Virus record (IMG/VR): IMGVR_UViG_3300046777_001311 | Location: 1-58,804 of that record | From: a virus | Taxonomy: Duplodnaviria > Caudoviricetes | Length of the DNA: 58,804 nt | Direction: 5' to 3' (one strand) | Shown here: positions 45,618-57,007 of the stretch, one piece after another | How positions within the stretch are numbered: the stretch's first letter is position 1 | Layout: each line of letters starts with the position of its first letter | Position numbers and translations under genes: made by a program | Notes under the pieces: generated by a model | Databases searched by the model: none | What the model was told of the DNA's origin: nothing | What the model saw: only the letters and a program-made list of their open reading frames with translations

Positions 45618-47003
45618 TTAATCAGCTCTTAACGCCTTTCTTGTTTCTTCATCAACATTTAATTCAGTGCCACCTATATTAAAATAATTATGAGTAGGTC
45701 TACCTTCACTTTTGTTAATTTGATTAGCAGTACTACTCAAATCTAAACCATAAAGACTTTTTAATATAAGATCATTTTCTTGTGTTACTGGAACATAAAT
45801 ATCCGAAAGTTCTTTATAAGTGACAGTGTATTTACCACCACCCATATCTGTAATCTCAACATCATCGTAATCATCTGAATTTTCAAAAGCCAACGCCTCA
45901 TCTTCACTAGAAACAACTTTTTTTCGTTCTTCACCAACTTTTTTACCTTTTATTGACCATCCTCCTGGTTTTCCCGCAAAAGGCATACCGCTATACTCAA
46001 ATGTAACAGGCTTTACTTTAATATACTCACCATTATATTCATAGTCCTCAGCAGGCAATGACTTTTTATTAATACTTGCTGCTATCACATCAATAAATTT
46101 ATCACCAGCACCAAACTCATTAATTCTCTTACCCTCTATTTCTAATTTTGGTTTTGTATATCCATAAGTACCTCCACCTCCACTCATAGGAGCACGAGCT
46201 ACATCTTTAACATAAAACGCTTTAAGTTCATCATCGTAAGCATTAATCATAGCCTCTTTATTCATAGAGCCATCTGCGTTATCTTTATACCAACCATTTT
46301 CCAAACCTTCATTATACATCTCCATTTTTCTGTATTCTGGAAGGTTGTTAAACGCGGCTTCTACGGCTTGTCTGTTTTTCTTTTCTAAAGTTTGAGTTTT
46401 AAGCCCAGACTGCTCCTCTTTTGACATATTAGTTCTTAAATACTTCAAGAAGTCAAATTCTTGACCTGGTCTATTATGTGTTATGAACTCAAAACGATCT
46501 TCAATAGTCTTTAAGTTATCAAAATCCTTAATCCACTGATTTACAACAGTCTGATCATACTTGTCTCTATCCCTTAATTCAGGCAATAGTTTAGTAAACA
46601 TATCGTATGTAGTCAAATTCATATTAGATAAAGCTTGAAGCTCAAGCTTTTTTCTATCTACATTTCTTTGATATAAAGGACTTGAAACGTCTTTTCCCTG
46701 TATGCGAGCTGTAATCAATTCATCTCTAAGCTCATTTAACTTAGAATCAATTTGCTCTACAGCTCTATCCCATTTTGTATCCGCTTTTAGTTCTAATAAC
46801 TCCTTCTCAAGGGCGGCGTCCTTTAATTTAGATTGCTCCTCCTTCTGCTTTAATTTTTTCTCCTCAAAAGCAAGTTGGTTATTTAAAGCTCCGGCTAATA
46901 TATCTATAGGCTTTGTATTCGGAGTAAAAACAAAAGCCTCTCCTTGACCAACTTGCATACCCTGTTCAAAAGGGTTTCCGTTCATATTGTATTGTTCAGC
47001 CAT
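45618..47003 (-). CDS. Internal virion/ejection protein
   Basis: 461 aa with coiled-coil N-terminus, between the muzzle and the giant protein. Confidence 0.55.
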   Translation of the reverse strand: MAEQYNMNGNPFEQGMQVGQGEAFVFTPNTKPIDILAGALNNQLAFEEKKLKQKEEQSKLKDAALEKELLELKADTKWDRAVEQIDSKLNELRDELITARIQGKDVSSPLYQRNVDRKKLELQALSNMNLTTYDMFTKLLPELRDRDKYDQTVVNQWIKDFDNLKTIEDRFEFITHNRPGQEFDFLKYLRTNMSKEEQSGLKTQTLEKKNRQAVEAAFNNLPEYRKMEMYNEGLENGWYKDNADGSMNKEAMINAYDDELKAFYVKDVARAPMSGGGGTYGYTKPKLEIEGKRINEFGAGDKFIDVIAASINKKSLPAEDYEYNGEYIKVKPVTFEYSGMPFAGKPGGWSIKGKKVGEERKKVVSSEDEALAFENSDDYDDVEITDMGGGKYTVTYKELSDIYVPVTQENDLILKSLYGLDLSSTANQINKSEGRPTHNYFNIGGTELNVDEETRKALRAD

Positions 47004-48127
47004 TATCTAATTGTATAACCTGGATATCTTTGTTTTAAATAACCTATATAAGACTGGCCTTCTGCATTATTTACAAATCCTTTAGGCAGATATATTGTTT
47101 TATTTGCATCATCGTAAACAAGCTGATTTTGTTGATTGACAAAATTTGGATTGTTTACTTTATCATTCATTAAATATGGACCTAAATTAGAATTAAATCC
47201 ATTATTTACATACGGAAATAATGAAGCTTGATTCTCAACTTGATTGTTATATGATCTAACAACACCCGTGTTAATATTAAACTCTGGATTTTCAGTATCT
47301 AAAGGACCATTCAACGATTGGTTAGGTACATTTTGATTTAAGTATGGAAATAAAGATGCTAATGCATTATCAGGTAATGTATTCATCTCACCACCCGTAG
47401 GGGCTAAAACACCTGTACTAACAGAAGCATCTGACTGAGCAACTTGTGGATTTACAGTTTGATTTGTATTTTGACCTTGATTAGAACCACCACTTAACAT
47501 ACTTCTATATGCATCAAGTTTCATTTGTTCTAACTCCTTTTGGTTTGCAAATTGCTTACCCATCAAGTCCATATTCTGATTAAATGCAATATTTGTAGCT
47601 ACGCCTTGACCAATAGCACCTAAAGCATTTTGAAGGTTTTGTTTAGCGGCTGTGTCTCTTGCAAGTCGAGCAGCAGATTCAGCTTGGAATTTTTGTAATT
47701 CATCTTGCTGAATACGAGCTTCTTGAGCAGCATAATTGTTTAAACCTGAAGTTAAAGATGAAAGCCTACTCACATAATCCTTCCCAGCTGAAATATCTAA
47801 ATCAGATAAGGCCATACCCCTCTTCATATTTAAATCAGCAATAGCACTCATCTTATCTGTAAGGCTACCACCTGCATTTCTAACGCCTGTTATAGCATTG
47901 TTTATACTCTGATCTATCTTATTTATTGCGGCTTCGTAACCCATAGGATTTCGATTTGAAGCCAATGTTCTCTGTATACCTAAAGCCTCTTTTGCAGATT
48001 CAGGTATTGATAAGTCAGGACGAGTTAAATCCTCCTCACCAAGAGACTTACCAAACTGAACTCCAGACTGTATAAGCGCTGGAGCAGAAGATAATAGTGA
48101 TGCTAATATTACTGGTGGTATAGGCAT
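47003..48127 (-). CDS. Internal virion/ejection protein
   Basis: Hydrophobic N-terminus, A/G/Q/N-rich; first gene after the muzzle. Confidence 0.55.
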   Translation of the reverse strand: MPIPPVILASLLSSAPALIQSGVQFGKSLGEEDLTRPDLSIPESAKEALGIQRTLASNRNPMGYEAAINKIDQSINNAITGVRNAGGSLTDKMSAIADLNMKRGMALSDLDISAGKDYVSRLSSLTSGLNNYAAQEARIQQDELQKFQAESAARLARDTAAKQNLQNALGAIGQGVATNIAFNQNMDLMGKQFANQKELEQMKLDAYRSMLSGGSNQGQNTNQTVNPQVAQSDASVSTGVLAPTGGEMNTLPDNALASLFPYLNQNVPNQSLNGPLDTENPEFNINTGVVRSYNNQVENQASLFPYVNNGFNSNLGPYLMNDKVNNPNFVNQQNQLVYDDANKTIYLPKGFVNNAEGQSYIGYLKQRYPGYTIR

Positions 48128-48191
48128 ATTTCTTGCAAATTAAACATTAATAAGTTAATTATCAATAGCAAACTTACAAAAGTTTTAACAA

Positions 48192-51100
48192 TTATATTAA
48201 CGCTGGACTAGGAACAAATACTACTTTGGCAGAGAATAATACTACTTTCTTATCCGTATTCTGGCTTATAGTGTGTTCAAAAGCGTATCCACGTAATTGT
48301 CTACCGTTTTGTAGAGCCAATGCTGTTGTTGCTAAATATGGGTCGGCTACGTTAGTGTTAAGTTTATCCCTCAAATAAGCCGCCCAATAATACCCCTCCT
48401 TCAAAGATAGTAGAGTAGATGGCATCTCCGTTTCCATAATTGGATAGGACTCATTCTCATAGGTCTTAACAGAATCTACATTAAACACAGCATTTGATCT
48501 TAAACCAAGAGTTAAAGGTCTCTTAATCAATGTTCCTGATTCATTCATAACAAATGTCACCGACTGAGTTTTTTGCAAGCCGTAAAACTCTAACTCATCA
48601 CCCTCATTATGAACATATAGCTGACCATTAGCATTCCAAGACACATTCACAACACCAAGAGTTTCAGCCCACATTGGATTGTAGTCAACCATTGTTATCC
48701 ATCTATTTCTTAAATATGAGAATACTACACCCTCAGTTTCTCTTGGTCTTTCAGTACCATCTTTAAAACCAAAGAAGCACGTATACTCCATATTACTTTC
48801 ATCAATCATTGATGTAACATCATATTCTGTAGTGTCAGCTGTTATTTCAGTTGCTTTATTAGATGTCCAATAATTGAATTTATATTGACCACTTGATATA
48901 TCAGACTGACCATTAGATGATGTCTTAATGAAGGCTCCTGTATACAAGTCAAAGTAGAATAGTTCACCCTCAATTAACTGAACACTTCCTGGATGAACAG
49001 TTCCAAATAGGCTATCGTATGGATTTACACCACCGAAAACCTTATCTGTGTATGCTAACTGACCTGAACCATCACCACCTGTAGCGTATGACTTTTGTAT
49101 ATATATTGAAGTCTCCTTTCTATTTTGAAGCGCCTTTAATGTATACCCAACCTGCTTTAATCTATTGATTGAACCAAAATTGTCATTTAAGTACAGGCTG
49201 TTTCCAAGACCTTCAAATGAAGACAATCCATTTATAAAACTATTCTGCACGTATGGAAGTGAGTGTATTACACTTGATGTTAGATTGCGTCTTTTTGCAT
49301 TAATATCATCAAGACCAAATCTACCCAATCCATGACTGTCTGATTTGTAGTAGTCGCTATAACTGTAATCCTCAACCCAGTAGTAACCGGTCATTGGACT
49401 CACATTAAATAAATCTTGATTATATAATAAATAATAACCTGTTGAACTAACTCCTCCAGTTCCACCTAAGAAATAATACACCTTGTTTATAGCGGCTGTT
49501 TGAACCTCTCTATAAAGCCTAAATAAAACACCTGCCTCGGTATTAGCTATACCTGGAAAGTCATTAAATGTGTCAAATATAGGCTCCTCGTAACCAGTAA
49601 AATAATTTCTAGCCCTTACATACACATCTCCGTAATCTAAGTCAATTATTGCCGGCTGCAAAGCTGTTTGATCTTGTGTATTTCCAGCGTGAGTTCTATT
49701 TGCAGTATGCGGATTTAAAATAACATATCCCTCATTATAATTTTCAGACGGGTCTTGTATTTCATACCAAATCTCATCATCCTCCTGTGGTTTTGGAGTA
49801 TATATTTCAACTAAGGCGCCAACAAATCCACTAATACCGTCAAATATTTGAGAGTAGTCAAATTGAGCTACTATAATTGCTTCTGATGGACCATAACCTC
49901 TATCTACTCCACCTGCTGGCTCGTATTCAAGTATTTCTGTTTCGTAATATACATCACAATATTCTGGCTGCTCATATCCTGCTGTTGATGGTGGGTTAGG
50001 CTGTATTACAGGAGCTTTTGCAACAAACCTAACTATATCACCTTTTTGTGGTGTATGATTTATACTTGTGCCCTTATATCTATTTGTATAGAAATTTTCC
50101 AAAGACATTTTAAATGTAAAACCATCTTGTAAAACTTCCATGTACATTATAGACCTTTGTTGAAAATTAATCATTAACTCATCCTTTTTCACAAGGATTT
50201 GATAATGAGTGGCCCATTCAGGAGGCGTGTGATTTATTTCAACTTGGGCTTTAACAGTATATGGATTTCCAGGCTGAGTCAAAAATGATAAATCCTCGTT
50301 AGCAGGAAATGGCACATCTAATTGTAAAGGAATAATTTGAGATGCCTTATACTGAACTGATCCAGATCTTAAACCTCTGTCGTAATATTGTATGCCAAAT
50401 ACTTTAGTAGAACCCTTTTTAAGTGATTTAACACATTTGTTTTCTCTTAATATTTTACACTGATGAACATATATTGTTCCATCACCTTGACCTGTCCAAT
50501 AATCAGGTACATCAAGATAAATATTACCAGCAGTAGTTCCATTAACAGTATTTGGTATTCCATCAGCTATAAGTGATAATGAAACTGAATTAGCTAAATT
50601 TAGCAACTTATCTACAGGGTTTCCAACATAAGCTATATCAGCTGCTGTAACTTTATAATAGTAGTTTATTAATGAAGATGGACCCGTTGTTAAATCATAC
50701 AATGGGAATACAATTAAATCCCCCTCCACAAATTCAAACGTAAAGAAGAAGTCGGTTGCAGATGTAAAATGTATAAAACAACCAGTACCTGTTACTTGTC
50801 CAAATGGGTCTATTTCCCAAGGCTGAGAGTTATTTGATTGATTACCAATAACAACTTCATTAATATATGGTCTTGCTAAATAGTCTACGTTCTCAAGATT
50901 TGCCGTTATAGACATGTCTATGTTCTCCAACAAATCATAGTCAGCATAATAGTTTCCGTATGTAATACTATTATTTGATATTATCTCTTGACATTTAGCC
51001 ACTTGTGGCATTGAGTCGTAGTTGTATTGTGTGGCGGCTGCTGGTTTGGTAGCTACGTTACCATCATAAATAACGGTAGAAATAACCTCGTCAGTAACAA

Positions 51101-52025
51101 GAGCCTGCTCTTTATCTATCTCTTGAAATATAGACCAAGCTCCATTCTCTCCAACTCTTACAGCAAATCGTATTTTAGTAACGTCATACTGACCGGTGTA
51201 GTAATTTATAATTATCTCATTATCAGTGAGTGGAGCTTCTGTATCTCTACCAGAAACGTATTCATTCGTATTGCTAAACGGTTGATTTGAAATCATCGAC
51301 CATTTAGACTCCTCATTGTTATTATATACGTACTGATATCTAAATTGATATTGCTTACCATATAACTTATTAAAGCTTTTGTTTAAGTTAGTTTGATAGG
51401 CGGCTAATGGTTTATATGTAGGGGGACACTTTAAAGCGTCCATTGTGTGAAATGAATGGTCTATTGTATCAAAAGCTTCTACTGGGTATCCATCAGGATC
51501 TAAACCAGCAGTAGCCATATACTTAATAGCTTTTGGTATATCTATTTTACGAGGAGGGTTAAATTGCAATACACCGTTTCCATCATAAAGAAAATCATCA
51601 AAATAACCATCTGTCCAATAAAGTAAATCATCAACTACATTGGTGTGGTATATTTTATGGTCAATTTGAAAGTTTAACGCCTCACCTGCATTTCCTACGG
51701 CTAAATTTCCTAATACAAGAGTAATTACACTTGTATTTATATCAAAAGACCATATTGTATGAAGGTTATTTGAATTATGTACAAAATATATTATAGAATT
51801 ACCTTTAATCCATTTAGCACTTCCAATAACTGTATTTACACCAGCAGGAAGGTTTAAATTATTAACTAAAAGATTTCCAGGCATTGACTCTAAAGCCCCT
51901 TGGTTCTGAGACTCTGCCGAACCTGAACGGCAATAGGTAGACATTCTATAGTCCCCATTTTGAATTAAACGAGGATCATCATCGGTATTGATACCGTTTA
52001 TAAATAATATATCTTTTGCTTCCAT
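48192..52025 (-). CDS. Tail muzzle/stabilisation protein (P22 gp10-like role)
   Basis: 1277 aa; N-terminal GINTDDDPRLIQNGDYR, LLYWTDG...NPPRKI, FRYQY...ESKWS. Confidence 0.75.
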   Translation of the reverse strand: MEAKDILFINGINTDDDPRLIQNGDYRMSTYCRSGSAESQNQGALESMPGNLLVNNLNLPAGVNTVIGSAKWIKGNSIIYFVHNSNNLHTIWSFDINTSVITLVLGNLAVGNAGEALNFQIDHKIYHTNVVDDLLYWTDGYFDDFLYDGNGVLQFNPPRKIDIPKAIKYMATAGLDPDGYPVEAFDTIDHSFHTMDALKCPPTYKPLAAYQTNLNKSFNKLYGKQYQFRYQYVYNNNEESKWSMISNQPFSNTNEYVSGRDTEAPLTDNEIIINYYTGQYDVTKIRFAVRVGENGAWSIFQEIDKEQALVTDEVISTVIYDGNVATKPAAATQYNYDSMPQVAKCQEIISNNSITYGNYYADYDLLENIDMSITANLENVDYLARPYINEVVIGNQSNNSQPWEIDPFGQVTGTGCFIHFTSATDFFFTFEFVEGDLIVFPLYDLTTGPSSLINYYYKVTAADIAYVGNPVDKLLNLANSVSLSLIADGIPNTVNGTTAGNIYLDVPDYWTGQGDGTIYVHQCKILRENKCVKSLKKGSTKVFGIQYYDRGLRSGSVQYKASQIIPLQLDVPFPANEDLSFLTQPGNPYTVKAQVEINHTPPEWATHYQILVKKDELMINFQQRSIMYMEVLQDGFTFKMSLENFYTNRYKGTSINHTPQKGDIVRFVAKAPVIQPNPPSTAGYEQPEYCDVYYETEILEYEPAGGVDRGYGPSEAIIVAQFDYSQIFDGISGFVGALVEIYTPKPQEDDEIWYEIQDPSENYNEGYVILNPHTANRTHAGNTQDQTALQPAIIDLDYGDVYVRARNYFTGYEEPIFDTFNDFPGIANTEAGVLFRLYREVQTAAINKVYYFLGGTGGVSSTGYYLLYNQDLFNVSPMTGYYWVEDYSYSDYYKSDSHGLGRFGLDDINAKRRNLTSSVIHSLPYVQNSFINGLSSFEGLGNSLYLNDNFGSINRLKQVGYTLKALQNRKETSIYIQKSYATGGDGSGQLAYTDKVFGGVNPYDSLFGTVHPGSVQLIEGELFYFDLYTGAFIKTSSNGQSDISSGQYKFNYWTSNKATEITADTTEYDVTSMIDESNMEYTCFFGFKDGTERPRETEGVVFSYLRNRWITMVDYNPMWAETLGVVNVSWNANGQLYVHNEGDELEFYGLQKTQSVTFVMNESGTLIKRPLTLGLRSNAVFNVDSVKTYENESYPIMETEMPSTLLSLKEGYYWAAYLRDKLNTNVADPYLATTALALQNGRQLRGYAFEHTISQNTDKKVVLFSAKVVFVPSPALI

Positions 52026-52771
52026 TAGCGTATATTAAATCCACTTCCCCCGTAAATAGTATCCATCACCTCGTCAACAACAGGACCTTTAGCTAATATA
52101 TTAGCATCCCATAATGTATCTTTGTATTGACGCTCCTTATCCTTAGCCATATTAGCTAATTCAGGCTTCAACTCACACATTTGCCAAAGTAGATAGTTTC
52201 TAAAAGGTTCAATATATGCCTGAGGAACTAATGTAGATCCACAAACATCCTTACCAGAACTTAGGTATTCTATTACAGCTTTACCTGTTGGAAGAGCTTC
52301 TACAAATTGAATGTATCTCTCCGCCTCATTAACTCTGTAATAGTTTATATTAAAACCACCTCCAGCTGTATATAATGGACCGTAATATGTACCATTATAA
52401 AATCCTTCGGCTATCCAAAATCCACTGCCGATAGAAGCTGATTCAGCCTCTGCAATATCATTGCAAATATCAGGAGTATTGTTTAAAGCAATAGTATTAT
52501 CAATACCCAACGTCCATAACCTATTACCAATTTGATATGCCACCTTTGTATATCTAATATAATCGCTAGGCATCGGCCATATCTTTGTATTTGCATTTAC
52601 ATTAACATGAGCAGATACCACAGATGGCATCTCGTAACCTCTAAGCTTTTCTTGATAAAATTCCAAAGCCAACTGCTCAACCCACTCATAGTCACTTGTG
52701 GTATAGCCAAAGTTTTTCATTCGGCTTATTGCTGACATTGTAACGTATGTTATGTTCTTAATTGGATCCAT
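52025..52771 (-). CDS. Tail ring/tubular protein
   Basis: WPMPSDYIRYTKV motif; immediately upstream of the muzzle gene. Confidence 0.6.
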   Translation of the reverse strand: MDPIKNITYVTMSAISRMKNFGYTTSDYEWVEQLALEFYQEKLRGYEMPSVVSAHVNVNANTKIWPMPSDYIRYTKVAYQIGNRLWTLGIDNTIALNNTPDICNDIAEAESASIGSGFWIAEGFYNGTYYGPLYTAGGGFNINYYRVNEAERYIQFVEALPTGKAVIEYLSSGKDVCGSTLVPQAYIEPFRNYLLWQMCELKPELANMAKDKERQYKDTLWDANILAKGPVVDEVMDTIYGGSGFNIR

Positions 52772-53364
52772 TATTTAGCCGGCTGTGTTGGTTTATCTGT
52801 ATCTGGTACGTTGTTGTTATATGTCTCTCCAGGTTTTATTCCTGCTTGCTGTATCAACTGAACAACCATTTGAAAGATAATAGACTCCTTACCTGGCAAA
52901 CTGATGAAGGCATCATCGTCCATTGAATTAGGATTTGGTATCATTTCAACTGTTATATTTTCAGTTGGAGTTCCATTAAAGTATAATTTACTACCTTGTA
53001 GGTATGTAGTTGTAAAACAAGTTTGCGGCTTGATAATATTCATGATGTGATTCTCAATCGTACCCATTCTTGTTGGGTAAAAGCAACCGTCAGAACCACT
53101 AACATAAGTTATGCTATCGCTACCCATTAAAGGTGTAACCGGCAAATTCACATAATATCTTGGAGAAACACCCTGTCTTTGTAATTCATAAGGAACAGAT
53201 GTATCCCTCTTACCATTCTCACTCTTATATGCTAAATCAGTATAAACAAGACCAACCAAATAGGCAATTACTTGATATGGGTATTTACCCTTTATATCAT
53301 CAGTTACATCATCGCCTGCTAGACGATTCTGTATCAATTCCACCATTTGACGTTTAGTAATCAT
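52771..53364 (-). CDS. Tail ring/adaptor protein
   Basis: Size and position in the ring-protein cluster; YYVNLP motif. Confidence 0.5.
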   Translation of the reverse strand: MITKRQMVELIQNRLAGDDVTDDIKGKYPYQVIAYLVGLVYTDLAYKSENGKRDTSVPYELQRQGVSPRYYVNLPVTPLMGSDSITYVSGSDGCFYPTRMGTIENHIMNIIKPQTCFTTTYLQGSKLYFNGTPTENITVEMIPNPNSMDDDAFISLPGKESIIFQMVVQLIQQAGIKPGETYNNNVPDTDKPTQPAK

Positions 53365-54083
53365 TATTGACCTTTATTTATATCTAATGTCTGCAAGTTA
53401 AATGCAGATTGAATGTTAATAGTAAAGTATTTTACAATTAATTCCACAAGGTTGTAGTGAACAGATTCGGGCCATTCAAATTCAACGCTTTCGCTTGGTG
53501 TTCCTGCTGGTAGAACCGAGCTGTTTTGATGAACCGTTCCAGGAGGTAGATAAAATATCTCGCTGTTTACAATGTCGTAATCAAATACAGGGTCAACAGG
53601 TCTACGTAAATATGAAAATATTATGTTGTTAACACCAATAGGGCGTACAAGCCATTTATTATTTTGTATCACGGCTATAGGACGCTCTAAAGATGGTGCT
53701 AATATATCTGTTCCTAATCTATAACCAAAGTCAGCCTGATTTAAAAACTCAATAGGTCTAACCTTTTCTATAGCTCCATCACACTCATTTACATATTGAG
53801 TATAGGATGATCTAACATAATAATAGTAATCTTCAGGTATATCCATGTACCCAAATGAATCTAGCTGTAAAGGGACAGATGTACTATCTCCTATAGTCTT
53901 TACAAATGGAAGCAAATCATCAGTTATCTCTCTCTTCTCCTCAAAAACTTTGAGCAAATCATTGATCTGCTCTAAGTTAATCCACTTTATTGCCTCGTTA
54001 TAATTTCTAGGAGTAATATAACCACCATACTGGTCTTTACCAAGTTGATTATAAACCTTGTCTAATATTTCTCCTAAATTCAT
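53364..54083 (-). CDS. Tail ring/adaptor protein
   Basis: GGYITPRNYN, IPEDYYY, YLRRP, FEWP motifs typical of crAss-type ring proteins. Confidence 0.6.
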   Translation of the reverse strand: MNLGEILDKVYNQLGKDQYGGYITPRNYNEAIKWINLEQINDLLKVFEEKREITDDLLPFVKTIGDSTSVPLQLDSFGYMDIPEDYYYYVRSSYTQYVNECDGAIEKVRPIEFLNQADFGYRLGTDILAPSLERPIAVIQNNKWLVRPIGVNNIIFSYLRRPVDPVFDYDIVNSEIFYLPPGTVHQNSSVLPAGTPSESVEFEWPESVHYNLVELIVKYFTINIQSAFNLQTLDINKGQ

Positions 54084-54087
54084 ATAA

Positions 54088-54864
54088 TTAAGAATAAATT
54101 CTAACCTCTATGCTTGCGTAATAAATTGCGTTGTTAGCTAAAACTCCAGATGAGTTATATGATCTAATTAATATGTAATTATTTCCATCATACCAAGCTT
54201 CAACAGAACCACCAGGAGCAAAAACGCTAGTTCCATTTTGAATAAAAACAGCAACTTTATCAGTTGGCACTCCTGCTAAACTTGTAAATGTTAATTTATA
54301 AACACCTGCTGATACATATTGAGTTGACGCAGTCCCTAAATCATTTTCTAATTCAAAATTTATAGAAGGTGCTGATGCTCCTATTTGTGTTATGCTACCA
54401 ACGAATTTAGTATACAACTGAACAGCTGATGCGCCTTGAGGTCCTGTAGGTCCTTGAACACCCTGAGGTCCTTGAGCACCTTGAGATGCAAGTAATGCCC
54501 AATTAGTAGTGTCCACATCTGGAGCCAATATAGATGGCCCAACAGGATTTAGACAAAACCAAGAAGCTCCTGCGTATCCTACAGCATCATCTGCAACATA
54601 AGTACCTGTAGTAGACCATGCACCCTGCCAATTTAATCCAGCAGGACCTACGGGGCCAATAGGACCAGCAGGACCTTGTACACCTTGTGGACCGGCAGGA
54701 CCAGCAGGGAGTATAGATGCGAAATTTGAAACAGATATAATGTTTCCACTATTTGGACTATTAACATCAACTAAGTTTACATAAGTATCTGATGGTGATG
54801 TTATACTTTGCCTTTGTATATTAGGCGCATTTTTTCTTAAATAAAACCAGTTTTGAATCGGCAT
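54088..54864 (-). CDS. Collagen-like fibre protein with a small Trp-rich carbohydrate-binding-like module
   Basis: GXY repeats flanking NWQGAW...Y...DAV.Y.GASWFC...NWALLA. Confidence 0.7.
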   Translation of the reverse strand: MPIQNWFYLRKNAPNIQRQSITSPSDTYVNLVDVNSPNSGNIISVSNFASILPAGPAGPQGVQGPAGPIGPVGPAGLNWQGAWSTTGTYVADDAVGYAGASWFCLNPVGPSILAPDVDTTNWALLASQGAQGPQGVQGPTGPQGASAVQLYTKFVGSITQIGASAPSINFELENDLGTASTQYVSAGVYKLTFTSLAGVPTDKVAVFIQNGTSVFAPGGSVEAWYDGNNYILIRSYNSSGVLANNAIYYASIEVRIYS

Positions 54865-54882
54865 GTTTTTATATTTTTTAAA

Positions 54883-56916
54883 TTATGATAAATCAACTCC
54901 ATATACTAATGCACCTCCATTTATAGGATCTAATATTCCATCAGATAACACTCCACCTGAGTTGTATGTGTATATTTGTATATATCCGTTTGATGAGAAG
55001 TAATATTTGTAATATCCATAAGATGGATCTAATTGAACTACATCATACCCACTTGCAGGAGATAGTGAAACAAAGTTACTTGGAGTTGGGTTAGTTGAAT
55101 CGTAAATAACATATTGACCTACACCACTTCTTAAAAATGTATCGTAGTTAAAGTTTGTTGTATTCCAAAATACATTTAAAACAGGGTCTGACGTTCCTGT
55201 TTGATTTATTAAACCATAGAAGGCTTTAGCGCCTGCTGCTGAAATACCTTGAGGTCCCTGTGGGCCTTGTGGTCCAACAGGCCCTTGTGCACCAGTTGGT
55301 CCTTGTGGGCCTGGATCTCCTTGTGGTCCTTGAGCACCAACTGCACCATCTAAACCAGCAGGTCCTTGTGGTCCAACAGCTCCTTGTGAAGCTAAAAGCG
55401 CCCAGTTTGTAGGATCTGTATCAGGTGTTGAAGCAGATGGTCCAACAGGGTTAATACAGAACCAAGAAGCTCCGTTATATGCAACTGCATCATCCACTAC
55501 ATAAACACCACTTGGACTCCATGTTCCTTGCCAGTTCAACCCAGCAGGTCCAACAGGTCCTTGAGGTCCGGCAGGTCCAGTAGCTCCTGTTGCACCAGTA
55601 GCTCCAGCAGGACCAGTAGGTCCAGTAGCTCCTGCAACACCTTGAGGACCAGCAGGTCCGGTAGCTCCAACAGGTCCAACAATTTGAGGTATAGCATCTA
55701 TCTCTGCCTGCAAATTACTTATTTCAACAAGAAGCTGTTCAAAGATAGAAGTACCATCTTGAGATGCGTTATCCACCCAAGCAGGAGTGTCTTCTCCAGA
55801 ACAACAATCACAACCACATTCAACACCACTTGCGTTGAGTAATTCAACCATAGCGTTGTAATAGTTTGTGTATTGATCGTAATCACCACAAGCTTGAGCC
55901 TCTTTTGCTAATGGATATAATAATGATATTCCATCAACGTATTTTGTATATGGGCTTGATGTTCCACATCCTAAAGCAGCCATGTGCTTTACATATAGAG
56001 CATCAATACAATCTCTTATAGAGCAAAGAGTTCCTACGCATGTAACTTGAAACTCTTTTGAGAAATCAATGTTATCAGCAATACTTAATCCATCAACTTG
56101 GGTTATAGCGGCTGTAACAGATAAATTTGTTGTCCATGTTCCGGTAGCTAACTCAGATAAAGCCAAGTTAGGAAGTGTAGTTGTTTGTGGATTAACTACA
56201 GGTACAGGAACAAGACCATTAGGATAATATGCACTAATCTCGCGATCAATAGGCGTCCAAGACCCATAAGCAGTTGAGTCTGTAAATTCAATAGTTCCAA
56301 ACTGAGTAGCTTGACAATCATATACAGCTGTTATGTTAGGTTCTACACGAGTACAACCTGAATATGTATATGATAAATTATTAGCACGATTTACAATAAA
56401 GCTAAGACCACAATCCCCATCCGTAATTAAGCTTTCTGCAACAGTGATTGTAGTTATACCTGCAATATAAGTAACAGAAACAACAGTCTTGGACCCATTA
56501 TTTGCACCACCTGAATTTAAAACTATATTATCTCCTGATTGTAGAACATTAGATAAATCAGTTACGTTAGATGTAATAGTATTTACACCAGTAGTTGTAG
56601 CCCATCCTGTTGTAGAAAAATAATTAAAATTTGCAGTATATGTCAAGTTGTACACGCCATTTACAATCTCACCATTCATTACAGGTAGGTTGTATGCAGG
56701 GCTTATAATAGAACCTGCTGAAATATTAATTGGCGGCGTTACGGTATTGGTTTCAGAAACAAAAGCTACACCAGTAGGACCTGTCATTACAATAAGACCC
56801 TTTGTTGTAACAAGTGATGTATTTACACCTTGACCGGTATATGTAGTTTCATCTTTAACAACGACTGTATTGTTGTTTACATTAAAGGTTGTTAAAATGT
56901 CAAATGTAATAGGCAT
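54883..56916 (-). CDS. Virion structural protein with Cys-rich hub-like region and collagen-like fibre
   Basis: CGCDCC; long GXY runs; same Trp-rich module as the neighbour; ATG 56916. Confidence 0.7.
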   Translation of the reverse strand: MPITFDILTTFNVNNNTVVVKDETTYTGQGVNTSLVTTKGLIVMTGPTGVAFVSETNTVTPPINISAGSIISPAYNLPVMNGEIVNGVYNLTYTANFNYFSTTGWATTTGVNTITSNVTDLSNVLQSGDNIVLNSGGANNGSKTVVSVTYIAGITTITVAESLITDGDCGLSFIVNRANNLSYTYSGCTRVEPNITAVYDCQATQFGTIEFTDSTAYGSWTPIDREISAYYPNGLVPVPVVNPQTTTLPNLALSELATGTWTTNLSVTAAITQVDGLSIADNIDFSKEFQVTCVGTLCSIRDCIDALYVKHMAALGCGTSSPYTKYVDGISLLYPLAKEAQACGDYDQYTNYYNAMVELLNASGVECGCDCCSGEDTPAWVDNASQDGTSIFEQLLVEISNLQAEIDAIPQIVGPVGATGPAGPQGVAGATGPTGPAGATGATGATGPAGPQGPVGPAGLNWQGTWSPSGVYVVDDAVAYNGASWFCINPVGPSASTPDTDPTNWALLASQGAVGPQGPAGLDGAVGAQGPQGDPGPQGPTGAQGPVGPQGPQGPQGISAAGAKAFYGLINQTGTSDPVLNVFWNTTNFNYDTFLRSGVGQYVIYDSTNPTPSNFVSLSPASGYDVVQLDPSYGYYKYYFSSNGYIQIYTYNSGGVLSDGILDPINGGALVYGVDLS

Positions 56917-56938
56917 ACTCTTAGGTTTGTACAAAACT

Positions 56939-56968
56939 AAAAAAGGTAGCCGAACTAACGACTACCTT
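56939..56968 (-). terminator. Intrinsic terminator
   Basis: Minus strand AAGGTAGTCG-TTAGTT-CGGCTACCTT running into a T tract. Confidence 0.75.
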
Positions 56969-57007
56969 CTAAACTATTTATTCTACTCAGTTAAAAAGTA
57001 ATTGACA

